Below are positions 29,270 through 39,446 of a stretch of DNA of 64,000 bases, one piece after another. A program made the position numbers and the translations under genes. The notes under the pieces are model-generated. The model had not been told where the DNA came from and did no database searches. It was given only the letters and a program-made list of their open reading frames with translations. Numbering within the stretch: the first letter of the stretch is position 1; every line of letters begins with the position of its first letter. The stretch lies in assembly GCA_900318915.1 (NCBI GenBank), contig ONMI01000012.1, positions 15,515 to 79,514 on the forward strand. Reading direction: 5' to 3'. The DNA is from an uncultured Prevotellaceae bacterium. Its GTDB lineage: Bacteria; Bacteroidota; Bacteroidia; Bacteroidales; Bacteroidaceae.

Positions 29270-31099
29270 TCAGCGTCCGCCGGGGCCGCCGCCGGGCATA
29301 CCTCCTCCGCCTCCCATGGCACTGTAGTTTTGGGTGGTCACCATGCTGCTCAGGCTCAGACTGGCCAGGGTGGTGCCGCCAGTGGCGGTGGCACCCGAGA
29401 GCAGTCCGTCGAAGTCGGTGCCGCCGCTCACCGTAGCGCCGCTGGTCAGCGTGCAGGTGCTGCCTTTTTTCATGGCCGGTGTCGATATCACCACGGTGTA
29501 GGCCTGGTAGCTGCGGGGCGTCTTGAAGGCTAGCAGCGTGTTGTCGCCGCTGTTCAGGGTGAGATAGGTGCCGCTGCTCAGGTTGGAGCCTCCCACCACG
29601 GCCACAGGCTGAGTGGTGGTGCTTGAGGAGGGCAGCGATGTGCCGCCTCCTATGCCTATCACCGTGCCGCCGGTGATGCTGAAGGTGTTTTGGTCGCAAT
29701 CGAAACCGTCCTCGGGCTGGGTGGTGCCGCAGCCTATTACGGTGCCGCCGCTGATGTTGAGGACTCCGTTCGAGTCGATGCCGTCGTTGTTGGTGGCATA
29801 GGCGAACACGTAGCCGCCGCTTATGTTGAGGGCTTTCTTGGCGTTGAGGGCGTCGTCGTAGGCATACACCTCCACGGTGCCGGCGTTGATGCTCATCGTG
29901 CCCTTGCTCTCTATGCCCTCGCTGCCCTCGCCGCCGGTGGCGCGCACGGCCACGGCACCGCCGTTCACGGTCAGGTCGCCGTCGGCCTTGATGCCTTTCG
30001 CTTTGGAGTCGTTGCTGCCGTAGGTATAGGTCTTGCCGGTGGTGATGATTTTCACCGTACCGTCGTTGATGGTGACGCTCTGGTCGCTGCTGATGCCCTT
30101 GCCGCCCTGACCGGTGCTCTTGATGTAGAGTTCGCCGCCGTTCATGGTGAAGATGCTGTCGCACTTCACGCCCGCGCTGGCGCTCACATTCTGTTCGTCG
30201 CTGTCGTACTCGCCGCCGCCGGTGGTCAGCAGGGTGGTGCGGCCGCCGCTTATTTCCACATATCCGTCGGTCTTGATGCCTTTGGCGGCTGTGCCGCTGG
30301 CCTCAATGTTGAGCACGCCGCCCCGCACGATTACGGCGTCGTTGGCCTTCAGTCCGTGTCCTTTGGTCACCTTCACATAGATGTTGTTACCGGGACGTGT
30401 CAGGATATAGTCATCGGAGCAGATACCCGCCTTGCAGTTGCCCTGCACCGTCAGTTTTCCTTTTCCGCTGAACAGGATTTCGCCTTCGCTGAAGAGGGTG
30501 CCTTTCATGTCCTCGTCGCCCTGTGCGGTGTAGCTGCTGCCGTCGGTCAGGGTGTTGGTGGTGCCGTCGGCCATCACGTAGTAGCCGCGTTTTCCGCTCT
30601 GGCTGTTGATAGCGGGTCCGGTGGGGTTGTTGAGTGTGAGGTTGTTCATCACCACACTGTATTTTTTCTCGCTATACAGTTTGAACGAGCCGTCGCTGCT
30701 GTTGCCGCTCAGCTCATAAGCGCATTTCACGGTGCTGTTCACCGTCACATGGGCACCGTTCACACTCACTTCCACCCCGTCTACGTCACCGCTCACGGTG
30801 GCGGAAGTGCCATTGTAGACGATGGCGATGGAGTTGTCGAAAGTGTTGTTCTCGATGTAGTCCTCGTCGTCGGCGGGAATGGTCTCGCTCTCGGTGAGGG
30901 TCTCTTCGTTCAGTTGGATGTCGAAGCTGGTCAGGTCGCCTATGCTGGCGCTGCCGTTGCTGTCGTTGGTACCGCCGGGCATCATGTTTTCCTGTCCGGG
31001 CTGTACTCCCCACTCTTCGAAGAGGTCGTTTTCGTCGGTGGAGCACGATGCGGCTGCTATCGCCGCCGCCATCAGTATCATTTGCAGACTCTTCTTCAT
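29270..31099 (-). CDS. Cthe_2159-like (DUF4353) beta-helix carbohydrate-binding lipoprotein
   Basis: Lipobox AAASC; repeated KGIK/DGIDSNG/ISGG beta-helix coils; GGGGMPGGGPGG tail; start moved to MKKSLQ. Confidence 0.85.
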   Translation of the reverse strand: MKKSLQMILMAAAIAAASCSTDENDLFEEWGVQPGQENMMPGGTNDSNGSASIGDLTSFDIQLNEETLTESETIPADDEDYIENNTFDNSIAIVYNGTSATVSGDVDGVEVSVNGAHVTVNSTVKCAYELSGNSSDGSFKLYSEKKYSVVMNNLTLNNPTGPAINSQSGKRGYYVMADGTTNTLTDGSSYTAQGDEDMKGTLFSEGEILFSGKGKLTVQGNCKAGICSDDYILTRPGNNIYVKVTKGHGLKANDAVIVRGGVLNIEASGTAAKGIKTDGYVEISGGRTTLLTTGGGEYDSDEQNVSASAGVKCDSIFTMNGGELYIKSTGQGGKGISSDQSVTINDGTVKIITTGKTYTYGSNDSKAKGIKADGDLTVNGGAVAVRATGGEGSEGIESKGTMSINAGTVEVYAYDDALNAKKALNISGGYVFAYATNNDGIDSNGVLNISGGTVIGCGTTQPEDGFDCDQNTFSITGGTVIGIGGGTSLPSSSTTTQPVAVVGGSNLSSGTYLTLNSGDNTLLAFKTPRSYQAYTVVISTPAMKKGSTCTLTSGATVSGGTDFDGLLSGATATGGTTLASLSLSSMVTTQNYSAMGGGGGMPGGGPGGR

Positions 31100-31215
31100 A
31101 GTGACATTGTTTTTATCGTTTATACTATTGAGATTCGCTGCAAAGATACCGCTGTGGGGCCGGTTGGGCAAAAACATTCAGCCAACCGGCTTTTTTCTTC
31201 AACAAAAAGAAGTGC

Positions 31216-32343
31216 TTATTTTATCTGCTTGAGCACCTCCTGGGCATATTCGCTGCCCATGGCGGCGGCGCGGTTCACCCACTGCCGTCCCACGGCACGG
31301 TCGCGCTTCACGCCGTAGCCGTAATAGTAGCAGATGCCTATGCCGCACATGGCGCCCACGTGCTCCTGCTGGGCGGCCATCTCCATCCATTTGGCGGCCT
31401 CTTCATAGTCTTTCGTCACGCCCATGCCGTAGAAGTAGAGGTTGCCCAGGTTGTATTGTGCGTCGGCGTTCTCCTGCTTGGCGGCTTTCAGATACCATTT
31501 GGCGGCCTCCTCATAGTCTTGCTCCAGGCGCTTGCCCATGTCGTAGCATTTGCCCAGTTCCAACTGGGCGGGGGCGTAGCCGGCTTCGGCCGCGCTGCGC
31601 AGGTAGTTGAGGCTGGCCTCCTCGTCTATGGCCACGCCGGTGCCGCGGTGATAGCAGTTGCTCACCTCATATTGCGACATCACATGGCGGCGGTCGGCGG
31701 CCTGCTTGTAGAGGGCGAAGGCCCGCTCGGCGTTGGCCTCCACACCCTCACCCACCTTGTAGCAGTGGGCCAGATGGTAGAGGGCGGTGGTGTTGCCTTG
31801 GTCGGCCGCTTTGGTCCACCACTTCACGGCCTCGGCATAGTCGAGTTTGTCTACACCCTTGTACAGATAGTAGCAGGAGCCCAGGTTGAACTGGGCGGCG
31901 GCATTGCCCTTCTCGGCCGCTTTCCTGTACCATTTCACCGCCTCGGCATAGTTCTTGTCGAACCCTTCGCCACCGGCGTCGTAGCAGTGACCCAGACTGT
32001 TCATGGCGGGGGCATAGCCCTGGTTGGCGGCTTTCTTGTACCATTCCACGGCCTCTTTGAAGTTTTTCTCCACACCCAGTCCGGCCTCGTGGCAGTAGCC
32101 TAAGTCGGTCTGTGCTTGGGGATAGTTTTGCTTGGCGGCCTTGGTGAACCATCTCACGGCCTCGGTGTAGTCGCGCTTGGTGCCGTTGCCGCTGAGCAGG
32201 CACTCGCCCAGCAGGGTCTGCCCCTCGGGGTCGCCCTTCACCGCTTTTTCCTGTATCTGGGCCATGGTCATTTTGGGTTGGGCCTGCAGTCCGGTGCAGT
32301 ACACCAGCGCGGCCAGCAGCCACATCATTGTCGTCTTTCTCAT
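31216..32343 (-). CDS. Sel1-like repeat protein
   Basis: About nine AQxxLGxCYxxGxGVxxDYxEAVKWYxKAA repeats; signal peptide. Confidence 0.93.
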   Translation of the reverse strand: MRKTTMMWLLAALVYCTGLQAQPKMTMAQIQEKAVKGDPEGQTLLGECLLSGNGTKRDYTEAVRWFTKAAKQNYPQAQTDLGYCHEAGLGVEKNFKEAVEWYKKAANQGYAPAMNSLGHCYDAGGEGFDKNYAEAVKWYRKAAEKGNAAAQFNLGSCYYLYKGVDKLDYAEAVKWWTKAADQGNTTALYHLAHCYKVGEGVEANAERAFALYKQAADRRHVMSQYEVSNCYHRGTGVAIDEEASLNYLRSAAEAGYAPAQLELGKCYDMGKRLEQDYEEAAKWYLKAAKQENADAQYNLGNLYFYGMGVTKDYEEAAKWMEMAAQQEHVGAMCGIGICYYYGYGVKRDRAVGRQWVNRAAAMGSEYAQEVLKQIK

Positions 32344-32421
32344 TGCTGTATCTGTTTTCTATTTGTTCTTAGTTTTACTCAACTGTCACAGGTAAGTATA
32401 AAGACTGCACCAATACATATG

Positions 32422-32472
32422 TCCCTTTAACTTCTCTTTAACTTCCCTTTAACTTCTCTTTAACTTCCCTTT
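32422..32472. repeat. 11-bp tandem repeat (TCYCTTTAACT) x ~4.6
   Basis: tccctttaact tctctttaact tccctttaact tctctttaact tcccttt. Confidence 0.9.
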
Positions 32473-32481
32473 CACAACCCT

Positions 32482-35400
32482 TTAGTCCACGATGAATTTA
32501 CAGGTGCACGTCCGTCCTTCGCTGTCGGTGGCTTTGGCTATGTAGCAGCCTCCGGCGGGCATGTCAACCGGGCAGGTGGCCGTTCCGTGGGTCACTCCGG
32601 CATGGAGCGTGCGCACCCGCTGTCCGCTCAGGGTGTAGAGTTCTATGCGGCATCGGTTGCCGGCGGCACCCTTCACGTTGAGGCTGCTCAGGGTGTAGCC
32701 CATGCGCAGGGCGTCTCTTGCGGCAAAGGTGGGCGGTGTGATGCCGTCGGCGGCGCTCATGAAGAGCGTGTCGTAGACCGTCAGGCGGTTCTCGCTCTTG
32801 ATGGTGGGTTGCATCAGGTAGATGTCGCCGGTGCCGTCGGGATAACGGCCCACGCTGCTGTTGCCGTCGTGGGCGGGGTAGGGCAGCCGGTCGGTCCAGC
32901 TTCCGTCAGAGGCGGTGAGCAGCAGCACGCCGCCGTCCTTGTCGAGTTTGAAGTCGGCGTGCAGCTCGCTGATGGGCTGCAGCTTGTCGCACCACACGAT
33001 GAGATGGCCATGGGCGGGTACTACGGTCGTGGCGTCGGAGCCGTCCGCGCTGATGCGCCATTTCTGGGGTTTCTGCTCGTTGTCGCTCAGATACATACCC
33101 TCTATGTCGATGTCCTGGTCGGTGGTGTTCACCAGTTCTACCCAGTCGTTGCGTTTCCACTGGTCGTTCACGCTGATGCTGTTGTCGGCGCTCACCTCGT
33201 TGATCATCACCGGGTGCACACCGGCTGCCGCCCGTTCCTGCGCCGTCATGGGTTCATAGCAGGCAGTCAGCGTCACATTGCCCGCGGGCAGGTCTATCTC
33301 CGGCTCGGTGCTGCAGAAGGAGGCGTCGCCGGCGTAGAGGTCGGTCTCCAGGGCCGCATCCCAATAGATGTCGGTACTGGTGGCCGCGTTGTTGTGCACC
33401 TCCACGGCGATGGTGTTGCTGCCCTTCCTGAAGAGGTGGGCGGGCAGGGTCAGCTCGCCGGTGTCGGGATTGCCGGGGGCATAGGTGGTGGCGTATGTGC
33501 TGTAGCCCACAGAGCCCTGCGGCATGTTGTAGCGTCCGGCCTCGGTGCCGTTCACATAGACCACCAGTCCGTCGTCGACGGTGAATTTCAGTTTGAAGAT
33601 GGTGCTTGCTGTCGGCTCTTCGGTGAGCTGGGCGGTATGGCGGAAGTAGTAGGTGGGCCGCTTGTTGCTGCTCGAGGCACCGTAGCTTAGCGTGGTCTTG
33701 ATGCCCGTCTTGCCGTAGCCCAGCGGGGCGCTGCCTTGTTTCCACTGGTCGGCGCTGTAGTCTTCGGCGGTCCATGGGGCGGTGTCGAGTGAGCCTTGGT
33801 CGTAGTACAGCCAACTGCTGCCGTAGCCTATCACCTGCTCCATGTCGCCGCTTTGGTCTTTCCATCCCTTGAAGGTGTAGCCGGCCGGCGCCTCGGCCCT
33901 GATGCGCATGGGGGCGAAGAGATGGCCCTTGAAGCGGCCGGTGGGCACACGCAGGCCGTTGATGTAGAGATGGGCGTGGGGGACGTCGCTGCCGAGGCTC
34001 ACCTGCTGGGCGGTGGTGCCGCTCAGCTTCATGGGCGAGTAGGCGCGCAGGGCGTTGGTCATGGTGTTGAGCCGGCTGCCCAGGTTGCTCTTTATCTCGT
34101 TGGCCGCCTGGGTGGGGTCTATGTTCTCCAGCCGCATCATCTCCCTGGCGCGTGTGAGCAGCGAGTCGATGATGGGGGTGTAGTGACTGCTTTCGAACAC
34201 ACTGCCGCCCATCAGGCTGAAGGTGTCGATGAACCGGCGTCGGAAGTCGTCGTTCTTGAGCAGGTTCAGGAAGATGGTCACGAACTTTATCTCGGCCCTG
34301 ATGCGGCGTTTCAGGTCGTAGCAGTAGTCGAAGGTGTAGTTCTGCTTGTTGGCGAATGTCACGAAAGGAGTGTTGCTGTTGAAGGCGAAGTCGAGGTCGA
34401 ACGAGACGAACCGGTAGCGGCCGTCGTCGTGCCGGGCGTAGCCTTTCACATTGTTTTGGGGCCAGTCGGTGCCGCCCAGGTAGAGCTGCATGGCCATGTA
34501 GTTGGTATATTCTTCTATGTCGAGCAGCTCTTTTATCTCCTCGTAGCTGTCGGGCTGTGCGGCGGTCGCGGTGAGTTCGTACAGGCGGTCGAAGCGTTCG
34601 GCGTCGCCGCATTTCTGTATATACGATGAGTCGGGGTCCATCTCGAAGAGGTCTATCTCCTCCTCGTCCCATCCGAAGTTGGCGTAGACAAAGTGTTTGT
34701 TGTTGGGCTCGCGCATATTGAGCACGCCGATGTAGCGGCCGTTGATGAACTCGTGCACGGGTTCATAGCACTGCACGTCGATGTCGATGCCAGAGAGGCG
34801 TATTACCGTTTCCAGGGCGGGGTCCTTGAAGCGGAAGTAGTTGTCGTTGCCGCCGTTTCTTATCTGCAGGGTGCGGTTGCGCAGGTAGGGCTTGTCGGGA
34901 AAGAAACGGTAGTCCAGGTTCTTCGTGCCATACTCCTTGTTGCCTTTCAGCTTGAAGGAGTGGGGTTCCCAGGCGCGGCTCCATCCGCCGCACATCTCCA
35001 GGTTCACATTGCGGTTCACGGCCTGTCCGTCTTGCGGCAGGAAGGCGAAGTTCACGGGCCGTTCCCAGTCCATGTTCCAGTTGCACTTGGTGTCTTGTCC
35101 GTGACCGGGTTTGCCGCCGCTTCCCCTCACCATCACGCCTATCTTGTCGCCGTAGAGGAAATCAGGGTCGCTCACCACCGAGAGGATGGGTCCGGTGTAG
35201 TTTTTGTCTCGTTTTATGTAGCTGCGTGTGGCCACCTTTCCGGGCAATGCCCCCTCTTTGTAGAGCCGGAAGCGCATCACGGCATGGTTGTATACGTCGA
35301 AGTCACCCGATGAGCTGCTGTATCCGTTGGTCAGTGTGGGCAGGGTGCCGTCGCGCGTGTAGCGCAGGGTGCATCCTTCGGGTATGTCCACATGTATGGT

Positions 35401-35988
35401 GAGCGAGCCGCTGAAGAGCTGGTCGTCGTGGCTCACATGGGGGGCCTCCAGTTCTTCGTCGGCGAAGGTGCTGGTGGTGTTGGTGGCGCTTGGGGTGGGG
35501 TAGCCGGTGAGCCGCCATTCCGTGCCGCCGTCGGTGGTGCGGGCATAGGAGGTGCGCTCCACGGCCTCGGGGTAGCTCTGCTCCACAATCAGGTTGCCCA
35601 TGGTGTCGCTGATGTAGAGGGTTCCGCCGTCCACATCGAGCTTGAAGTTGGTGTTGGTGTTTTTCAGCGCGTTGTTGTCGAACCATATCGTGACGAAGCC
35701 ATGCGGGGGAATTACGCCCATGTCGGCGGGAGCTTTCCATTTGAGCAGCTGGTTGGCGTCGTCGCTCAGGTAGATGCCGGCCAGGCTCACATAGCCGATG
35801 GTGGGATTGTAGAGCTCCACCCAACCGTCGAAGTTGACCGTCGGACTCATAAACTGGTCTATGTTGGCGGCCATCACCTCGTTCACCACCAGGTTGTCGG
35901 CGGTGGCTTTCTCCTGGGCCGCCGTTCCTTGGGGCAGTGCTGCGAGCAGCGCCGCCGTATACAGCAGTAGGTGTTGTCTCTTCGTCAT
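32482..35988 (-). CDS. CotH-kinase family T9SS protein with lamin-tail domains
   Basis: INEV.A.N...WVEL.N lamin-tail domains x2, YTRDGTLP Fn3-associated domain, RNGGND, DWPQNN, FDLDF; LYTLSG...CKFI tail. Confidence 0.85.
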   Translation of the reverse strand: MTKRQHLLLYTAALLAALPQGTAAQEKATADNLVVNEVMAANIDQFMSPTVNFDGWVELYNPTIGYVSLAGIYLSDDANQLLKWKAPADMGVIPPHGFVTIWFDNNALKNTNTNFKLDVDGGTLYISDTMGNLIVEQSYPEAVERTSYARTTDGGTEWRLTGYPTPSATNTTSTFADEELEAPHVSHDDQLFSGSLTIHVDIPEGCTLRYTRDGTLPTLTNGYSSSSGDFDVYNHAVMRFRLYKEGALPGKVATRSYIKRDKNYTGPILSVVSDPDFLYGDKIGVMVRGSGGKPGHGQDTKCNWNMDWERPVNFAFLPQDGQAVNRNVNLEMCGGWSRAWEPHSFKLKGNKEYGTKNLDYRFFPDKPYLRNRTLQIRNGGNDNYFRFKDPALETVIRLSGIDIDVQCYEPVHEFINGRYIGVLNMREPNNKHFVYANFGWDEEEIDLFEMDPDSSYIQKCGDAERFDRLYELTATAAQPDSYEEIKELLDIEEYTNYMAMQLYLGGTDWPQNNVKGYARHDDGRYRFVSFDLDFAFNSNTPFVTFANKQNYTFDYCYDLKRRIRAEIKFVTIFLNLLKNDDFRRRFIDTFSLMGGSVFESSHYTPIIDSLLTRAREMMRLENIDPTQAANEIKSNLGSRLNTMTNALRAYSPMKLSGTTAQQVSLGSDVPHAHLYINGLRVPTGRFKGHLFAPMRIRAEAPAGYTFKGWKDQSGDMEQVIGYGSSWLYYDQGSLDTAPWTAEDYSADQWKQGSAPLGYGKTGIKTTLSYGASSSNKRPTYYFRHTAQLTEEPTASTIFKLKFTVDDGLVVYVNGTEAGRYNMPQGSVGYSTYATTYAPGNPDTGELTLPAHLFRKGSNTIAVEVHNNAATSTDIYWDAALETDLYAGDASFCSTEPEIDLPAGNVTLTACYEPMTAQERAAAGVHPVMINEVSADNSISVNDQWKRNDWVELVNTTDQDIDIEGMYLSDNEQKPQKWRISADGSDATTVVPAHGHLIVWCDKLQPISELHADFKLDKDGGVLLLTASDGSWTDRLPYPAHDGNSSVGRYPDGTGDIYLMQPTIKSENRLTVYDTLFMSAADGITPPTFAARDALRMGYTLSSLNVKGAAGNRCRIELYTLSGQRVRTLHAGVTHGTATCPVDMPAGGCYIAKATDSEGRTCTCKFIVD

Positions 35989-36012
35989 GGTTCTGAAGGG
36001 GTTGGATAGCGG

Positions 36013-38574
36013 TTATTTTACTACGAAGATGCGCAGCGAGTAGGGGGGCAGTGTGAGGGCGCCGCCGTGGCAGCTGCCTTTCTCCGTGCTCACCTGCTGC
36101 TCGGCGGGCTGTCCGGCAAATCCCTCGTAGCTCATCTTCTCGGGCAGCGCCATGCCCTCCACGTTCACCGTCAGGGGCACGGGCAGCGCGTTGGCTATCT
36201 TCAGGTAGCGGTGTCCGGTCTTGGTGTCGTCCACCACGCTGGCACCCACACGGTGCGTCACGGTGTCGTCGCCCTCGGTGGTCGAGGCGATGTGGCGGTT
36301 GCCGCTGTAGGTGGCGAAGAGCCGCTGCACCTCATAGGCGGGGGTGGTGCGCACCTCGGTGTTGGAGAAGTAGATCATGTCGGGGTTCCAGTTGGCGTGT
36401 CCGTCCTTGCACAGCAGCGGGGCATAGCTCGTCATGGTCACCACGTCGGCATTGCGCTCTATATCGGTCAGGTAGATGCTCTCGGCCAGCGCCGTCTCCA
36501 CATTGGGGCGTTTCTCCGGGGTCGAGGCGGCCCATTCGCCCAGATACACCTTGGGTCCCTGGCGGTCGTAGTCGTTGTAGTAGCGGCGGTGGTTCAGAAA
36601 CCATCCCGTGCTCTCATAGTAGTGCTCGTCTACCAGGTCTATCACGTCCTTGTGCTTCTCGGCAAAGTCCCAGCCCTCGATGTAGTCGGCCGAGGGGGCA
36701 TGGAAGGGTCCCACGGTGCCGCACAACTCTATGTCGGGATATTTCTCCTTCACCGCCTTGCAAATCATGAGGTAGCGCTCCTCGAAGACCGACGAGATGA
36801 TGTCCTCGTTGCCTATGCCGATGGTCTTCAGACCGAAGGGGGCGGGATGTCCGGCGTCGGCGCGCATCTTGGCCCACGGGCTCGTGGCGGGGTCGCCGTT
36901 GGCCCATTCTATCAGGTTGAGTATCTCCTCGCAGTAGGCCGGCATGTCGGCCATCGGTATGCCGCCCTGCTGTCCGCCCCATCCGTCGGCGTTGTTGCCG
37001 GAATTTTGGCAGGGCACGCCGGCGGCCAGCACGGGCAGGGGCTCAGCGCCGATGTCCTCGCAGAACTGGAAGTACTCATAGAATCCCAGTCCGCGTGTCT
37101 GGTGGTAGTGCCAGATGTTGAAGTCGGGCTTGCGGTCCTGCAGCGGTCCTACGGTGTGGTGCCAGTGGTAGATGTTGTCGATGCCGTCGCCGTGGCTCAT
37201 GCAGCCGCCCGGGAAGCGAACGAATTTCGGTTTCAGGTCGGCGATGGCCTGTGCCAGGTCTTTGCGCAGACCGTTTTTACGGCCTTTGAAGGTGTCTTGC
37301 GGGAAGAGGCTTATCAGGTCTACCGCGGCGGTGCCCTTCTTCTGCGGTGTCACCTGCAGGCGGGCGTGGGCGGAGCCTTTCTTTGGGGTCAGGGTGGCGG
37401 TATACTGGCGCCAGGCGCTGCCCTCCACCTTCACCTTCACCTCTGCCAGCGGCTTCGTCTCACCCTCGGCCGTGAGGGCTATCACCAACGTCTTTTTCTC
37501 GCAGTCGGTGCAGCGGGCGTAGAGGCTCAGGTGGTAGACGGAGCCGGCCTGCACCACCATGCCGTCCCAACCCTCGTTGGCAATGGCGCGGTCGGTGAGC
37601 AGGGCGTGGTGGGGGTTGTTCTCGCTCAGCGGCTGCTCGGTGGCGGTGGCGATGGGGCCTTCCGAGCTCCAGGCCGTGGTGGCGGTCCACTCCTTGCGGT
37701 CCTTGCTGCAGTATTCGAAGTCGCGGTTCTGCACCATCTCGGCGTAGAGGCCGCCGTCGGCGGCATAGCTGATGTCCTCGAAGAACACGCCGATGAGCCG
37801 GTCGCTTATCGCTTTCTGTTTCTTCTCGTCCACCACCAGCTTCACCTGCGCCATGCTCAGGTTCTTGTAGCGCTGGGCATCGTCGGTCATGCGTTCCTTG
37901 TTGAGCTCGGCGTCGCGGCGCAGCAGTTCATGATAGGTGAGCAGGTCTACCAACTCGCCTTGGGTGATGTCGAATATCTGGCCGGCAAACCGCTTGCCGC
38001 CCACGGTGGCCGTGTCATTGCCCCAAGCCACCTCGCTGATGGTGCTGGGGGTGTCGGCTGTGAAAGTGCGGAAGTCTTTCGAGGCGGTGAGATAGCGTTT
38101 CTCGTCGCCGCTCTGGAAGAAGATGTCGTAGCTGCCGTCTTCGCCCTCAAACACGATGGGACGCAGGCAGGTCTTCGTGGTCACGCGGGGATAGTCTTGC
38201 GGACGCCAGGTGATGAGGTCCTCGCTGTAGGCGGCGGCGAAGCAGGGCGACACGCTGTTCACCTGCCACACGGCGCGCCAGGTGCCGTCGGCGGCATGCA
38301 CCACATTGGGGGCATACATGCGTTTCTCACTGCCCCACCGGCCGTAGTCGGAGGCGCACAGCTGTCCTACCTCCTGCCACAGACCGTCGAAGTCCATGTA
38401 GGCGGCGTGCAGGCCTTGTGTGGGGTCGGGCGAGTAGATAAAAATCTCGCGTGTCACGTTGTCGCTTCCGTCTTCCTCCTCGGTTTCCAGCTCCTGTGCG
38501 GCGGCAGCCGTTGCGGTCATGGCCATGAGGAGGAGGGCGCTCATTTTCAGGTAGTGATTTATCGTTGTCATCAT
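36013..38574 (-). CDS. Alpha-L-arabinofuranosidase (GH51) with N-terminal propeller-like extension
   Basis: FFEDISYAADGGLYAE, RFPGGC, GIGNE, DEHYY, YLGEWA, SYAPLL; exact start uncertain. Confidence 0.9.
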   Translation of the reverse strand: MMTTINHYLKMSALLLMAMTATAAAAQELETEEEDGSDNVTREIFIYSPDPTQGLHAAYMDFDGLWQEVGQLCASDYGRWGSEKRMYAPNVVHAADGTWRAVWQVNSVSPCFAAAYSEDLITWRPQDYPRVTTKTCLRPIVFEGEDGSYDIFFQSGDEKRYLTASKDFRTFTADTPSTISEVAWGNDTATVGGKRFAGQIFDITQGELVDLLTYHELLRRDAELNKERMTDDAQRYKNLSMAQVKLVVDEKKQKAISDRLIGVFFEDISYAADGGLYAEMVQNRDFEYCSKDRKEWTATTAWSSEGPIATATEQPLSENNPHHALLTDRAIANEGWDGMVVQAGSVYHLSLYARCTDCEKKTLVIALTAEGETKPLAEVKVKVEGSAWRQYTATLTPKKGSAHARLQVTPQKKGTAAVDLISLFPQDTFKGRKNGLRKDLAQAIADLKPKFVRFPGGCMSHGDGIDNIYHWHHTVGPLQDRKPDFNIWHYHQTRGLGFYEYFQFCEDIGAEPLPVLAAGVPCQNSGNNADGWGGQQGGIPMADMPAYCEEILNLIEWANGDPATSPWAKMRADAGHPAPFGLKTIGIGNEDIISSVFEERYLMICKAVKEKYPDIELCGTVGPFHAPSADYIEGWDFAEKHKDVIDLVDEHYYESTGWFLNHRRYYNDYDRQGPKVYLGEWAASTPEKRPNVETALAESIYLTDIERNADVVTMTSYAPLLCKDGHANWNPDMIYFSNTEVRTTPAYEVQRLFATYSGNRHIASTTEGDDTVTHRVGASVVDDTKTGHRYLKIANALPVPLTVNVEGMALPEKMSYEGFAGQPAEQQVSTEKGSCHGGALTLPPYSLRIFVVK

Positions 38575-38766
38575 GATAGTTCGTTTTGATTGCAAATTTA
38601 GCGCAAACTATCCAAACGGCAAAACGATTCTTGTGTTTTGTCAGGAATCGTGAGGAAGTTTTTTGCGGTTCGTACAACAAAAAAGGGGTTTCATACAACG
38701 GACGGGCCGAAGTTTCACGGGCATTTTTTCTGTCCTTATATTTGCATCGTGAAAAATGAGACAGTT

Positions 38767-39309
38767 ATGAAAGAGAACGTAAAAATCGAAAAGTTTGTTG
38801 TCAAGTACCGTGAGAGAACCATTTTCTTCCTGCGGAAGCACTTCACCACCCTCAGAAGTGAAGACTATGAGGATATCTACCAGGAGGCCTCGATAGTGCT
38901 CTTCTGCAAGGAGGCCGCAGGAGCGCTCCAAGCGGTCACCTGCCAGCTCTACACCTACTTCCTGCGCATCTGCATCAACCTGAGCCACAAGATGGTCTCC
39001 CGCCAGCAGCACATGCTGTTGCTGTCGGTCAGCGGTGAGGAGAACGTGGACACCCTGCTGCTCATGGAGCAGTCGGTCCTCGAGGCGCAGGAGGCATGTG
39101 ATGCCCGCCGCGAGAAGATGGCGCTGGCCGATAGGATTCTGGCCGGACTCTCCGAGCAGAGCCGCCGCCTCTTGTCGGGCCATTACCTGGAGGGGAAGAG
39201 CTGGGAGGAAATGGCCAGCATCCTGGGCCTCTCCAACGCCGACACGGCCAAGAGTCTGGCCTGCCGCTACCGCCGCATGCTCAAGAAGCAGTATCCGGCC
39301 ATGGCTTGA
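38767..39309 (+). CDS. ECF-type RNA polymerase sigma factor
   Basis: EDIYQEA region 2, TYFLRI, C-terminal HTH (YLEGKSWEEMASILG); TATATTTG box at 38737-38744. Confidence 0.8.
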   Translation: MKENVKIEKFVVKYRERTIFFLRKHFTTLRSEDYEDIYQEASIVLFCKEAAGALQAVTCQLYTYFLRICINLSHKMVSRQQHMLLLSVSGEENVDTLLLMEQSVLEAQEACDARREKMALADRILAGLSEQSRRLLSGHYLEGKSWEEMASILGLSNADTAKSLACRYRRMLKKQYPAMA

Positions 39310-39446
39310 GCCGGAGCTCACCCGATTAGTCTAAAAATATAGGTAGATTTAGGTGGCATTCTCAGTTTTTTTCCCTATTTTTGCAGTATGTTAGGCTGCA
39401 TGCCGCAGCCTGTTGAAAATTTGAATACTGTTATGACATTTATGTT

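Noticed and set aside
36067-38589. 840-aa plus-strand ORF, and similar long antisense ORFs (29690-31318, 46513-48273, 17174-18352, 51552-52907)
   Set aside because: Shadow frames antisense to well-supported genes; expected from high GC3 codon usage; no recognisable motifs
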